From Basidiobolus meristosporus CBS 931.73 (lineage: Eukaryota; Fungi; Basidiobolomycota), in NCBI GenBank assembly GCA_002104905.1, contig MCFE01000804.1:1-34302 (forward strand): DNA of 34,302 nucleotides, read 5' to 3'. The notes beneath the pieces are model-generated. The model was not told the DNA's origin and did not search any database. It saw only the letters and a list, made by a program, of their open reading frames with translations. Shown piece after piece: positions 32,680-34,302 of the stretch. Positions within the stretch are counted from its first letter, which is position 1; every line of letters begins with the position of its first letter. Position numbers and translations under genes: made by a program.

Positions 32680-34302
32680 TGTTGTGCATCAACATTTAAA
32701 ACTTAGCCAATTTTACTCTGTTTGAAAATCTGGTACCCTAACTGATTTTCCCTAACCCAAACATAACAAATCCCAGTTACAGTTTATTTTATCCCACCTC
32801 AGAATCTATTTTTAGCTATCACACCTGATCTATTTTCAAATGGTCATTACGTTATCAACCTATCTGCCAAGCCTTCCCAGGTGATTAGTCATCTGAGATC
32901 TATCCAACCATGGTGCAGTTGCCAAGACATCAGTTGATTGATGATGTAATTTTCATTTATCTTATGCACCTATGAATACCCAAATTGATTTCAATCAATC
33001 CAGTCCCTTGGCGCTTAATAATTCAACTTGATCAGAAAAGTATAAATAAAGTTTACTGAACCTTTTGGTTTAGTGTGTGTCTCAACAAAATTAAGATTCT
33101 CTCTCAGCAAAATAAGAATCCAACATTTCCGTTCCAGTTTCTATCCAAGCCTAGTATATCTAGCACTCCAAAGAACACCAAGCCTAGCCTGCCTAGCAAA
33201 CAAATATCATTGCCTTTATAGCCAACCCAGCTATATCCAAGACCAATATTAGATCAGAATCTTCCTGCTAATATTTCCGCCACTCTCTGACAATTCTAAG
33301 ATTCTGCACTTAATTGTCCCTTTGGTTCAGTTAAACCATTCAAGAGCTTTATTACACTTTCTCTTGGATACAACATTTTTTTTGTTGAATTCCATTACAT
33401 TCAGCCAATTAGAAGATGTCCTCAGCAGCAAGCAATCCAAACCTTCCCATGTTGGAAGAAGCTAGAAGAAATCAGGAAGAACTTACTGAACAGCTTGAAA
33501 ACATCATGCTTGAAAGAAATACCATGATGCTTGAGCACTCAAAGCTTGCCAAAACAAGATCTGATAATCACCGTAGAGATGAACTCCTTGAAGTTATATC
33601 CGGTTACCAAGATGAAATTGGAATAATTAAGGAAGCACTGGAGAATATTGCCATAGTAATTGACAGCATTGAAAATCCACCAAGCCTTGCTCTGCATCAG
33701 CCACCAAGAAGTCATGCCTTTGAATCCTCCAGATCTACATCTCCTTCTAGACCTGCCCCGGTGGTTGTCCCAGGATCCTTGGCTGTTTATGCTGAAGGCA
33801 CCAATGCCATCAAGAATCCAACTGAGTTTCTTTACAAGTTTAGTCACGTCTTAGCTGCACACCAGCTAGACCCTGACACCAACTGGGCTAGACTTCTGCC
33901 TCTCTGTCTCACAATGCAAGATGCTGACTGGGTTGAAGTGAACATTCCTTCCAATAGTACGTGGAAAATTGCCCAAAACCTCTTTTGCAGCCATTTTGAA
34001 GATCCTCTCAAGAAAGCACATCTGAACTGCAACTTATGGAAAACTAAAATGCAAAAAGGTGAATCTGTGCAACACTTCTGTGATAGATTCCAAAGACAAA
34101 TGAGATTAGCTGGAGTTAGTGATGATAATCCATCGCTTACTGCTCATTTTCTTTCAAACTTTTCACACCAGCTACAGAGCAATATTGCTATTGTCAAAGC
34201 ATGCAACCCTGCACGTACCTATGACCAGATCTCAGAGATATGTACACTGGCAATCACCTTGACTGCAGCTGTTAGCCAGACTTCAGGCAGCTCAACCCAA
34301 TA
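32680..34302 (+). mobile_element. Nested LTR retrotransposon (Ty3/gypsy-like), 5' part only
   Basis: Copia RT homology stops at a TGTTG start (32680), followed by an AT-rich LTR-like segment with tataaataaa. Candidate CAACA ends lie at about 33087 or 33125, and a gag ORF follows. The LTR end is unresolved. Confidence 0.75.
33416..34302 (+). CDS. Retrotransposon Gag (gypsy-like capsid), running off the window
   Basis: Uninterrupted frame of about 295 codons from ATG 33416 (absent from the ORF track because no stop is reached): coiled-coil N-terminus, NPTEFLYKF, WARLLPLCL, TWKIAQNLFCSHF and MQKGESVQHFCDRF (major-homology-like). Confidence 0.8.
   Translation, partial: MSSAASNPNLPMLEEARRNQEELTEQLENIMLERNTMMLEHSKLAKTRSDNHRRDELLEVISGYQDEIGIIKEALENIAIVIDSIENPPSLALHQPPRSHAFESSRSTSPSRPAPVVVPGSLAVYAEGTNAIKNPTEFLYKFSHVLAAHQLDPDTNWARLLPLCLTMQDADWVEVNIPSNSTWKIAQNLFCSHFEDPLKKAHLNCNLWKTKMQKGESVQHFCDRFQRQMRLAGVSDDNPSLTAHFLSNFSHQLQSNIAIVKACNPARTYDQISEICTLAITLTAAVSQTSGSSTQ

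Noticed and set aside
1-34302. CRISPR arrays, tRNA, rRNA or prokaryotic operon features
   Set aside because: None seen; the sequence is eukaryotic with spliceosomal introns.

Overview
Gene-dense eukaryotic (fungal) DNA with short GT-AG introns and ctaac/ctgac branch sites. The gene content suggests an early-diverging fungus (Zoopagomycota/Mucoromycota-like); this is inference. Positions 1-26.5 kb hold about 13 genes: an ABCA transporter (5'-truncated by the window), an ankyrin-like orphan, an 11-exon White collar-1-type gene, two tandem secreted Thr-rich paralogs, tubulin cofactor A, a DUF1640/CCDC90-like protein, a secreted 10-Cys protein, an intronless SDR, sulfide:quinone oxidoreductase, RPS27, a mitochondrial carrier, ATX1 and a divergent LCB2-like enzyme. 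From about 28 kb the sequence becomes CpG-poor. It contains a decayed Ty1/copia element (255-bp LTR, Ty5-type PBS) with an inverted partial LTR copy just upstream, and a Ty3/gypsy-like element nested in the copia RT. Best leads: (1) a complete WC-1 transcription factor whose LOV photoactive Cys is Ser (GRNSRFLQ); (2) an intact LCB2 paralog with clustered active-site substitutions; (3) an unrecognised secreted beta-rich Thr protein family with Lys-Cys tails; (4) CpG-decay and fold-back signatures of TE silencing. Exon structures were assembled by eye, and reference motifs are recalled from memory, not searched.
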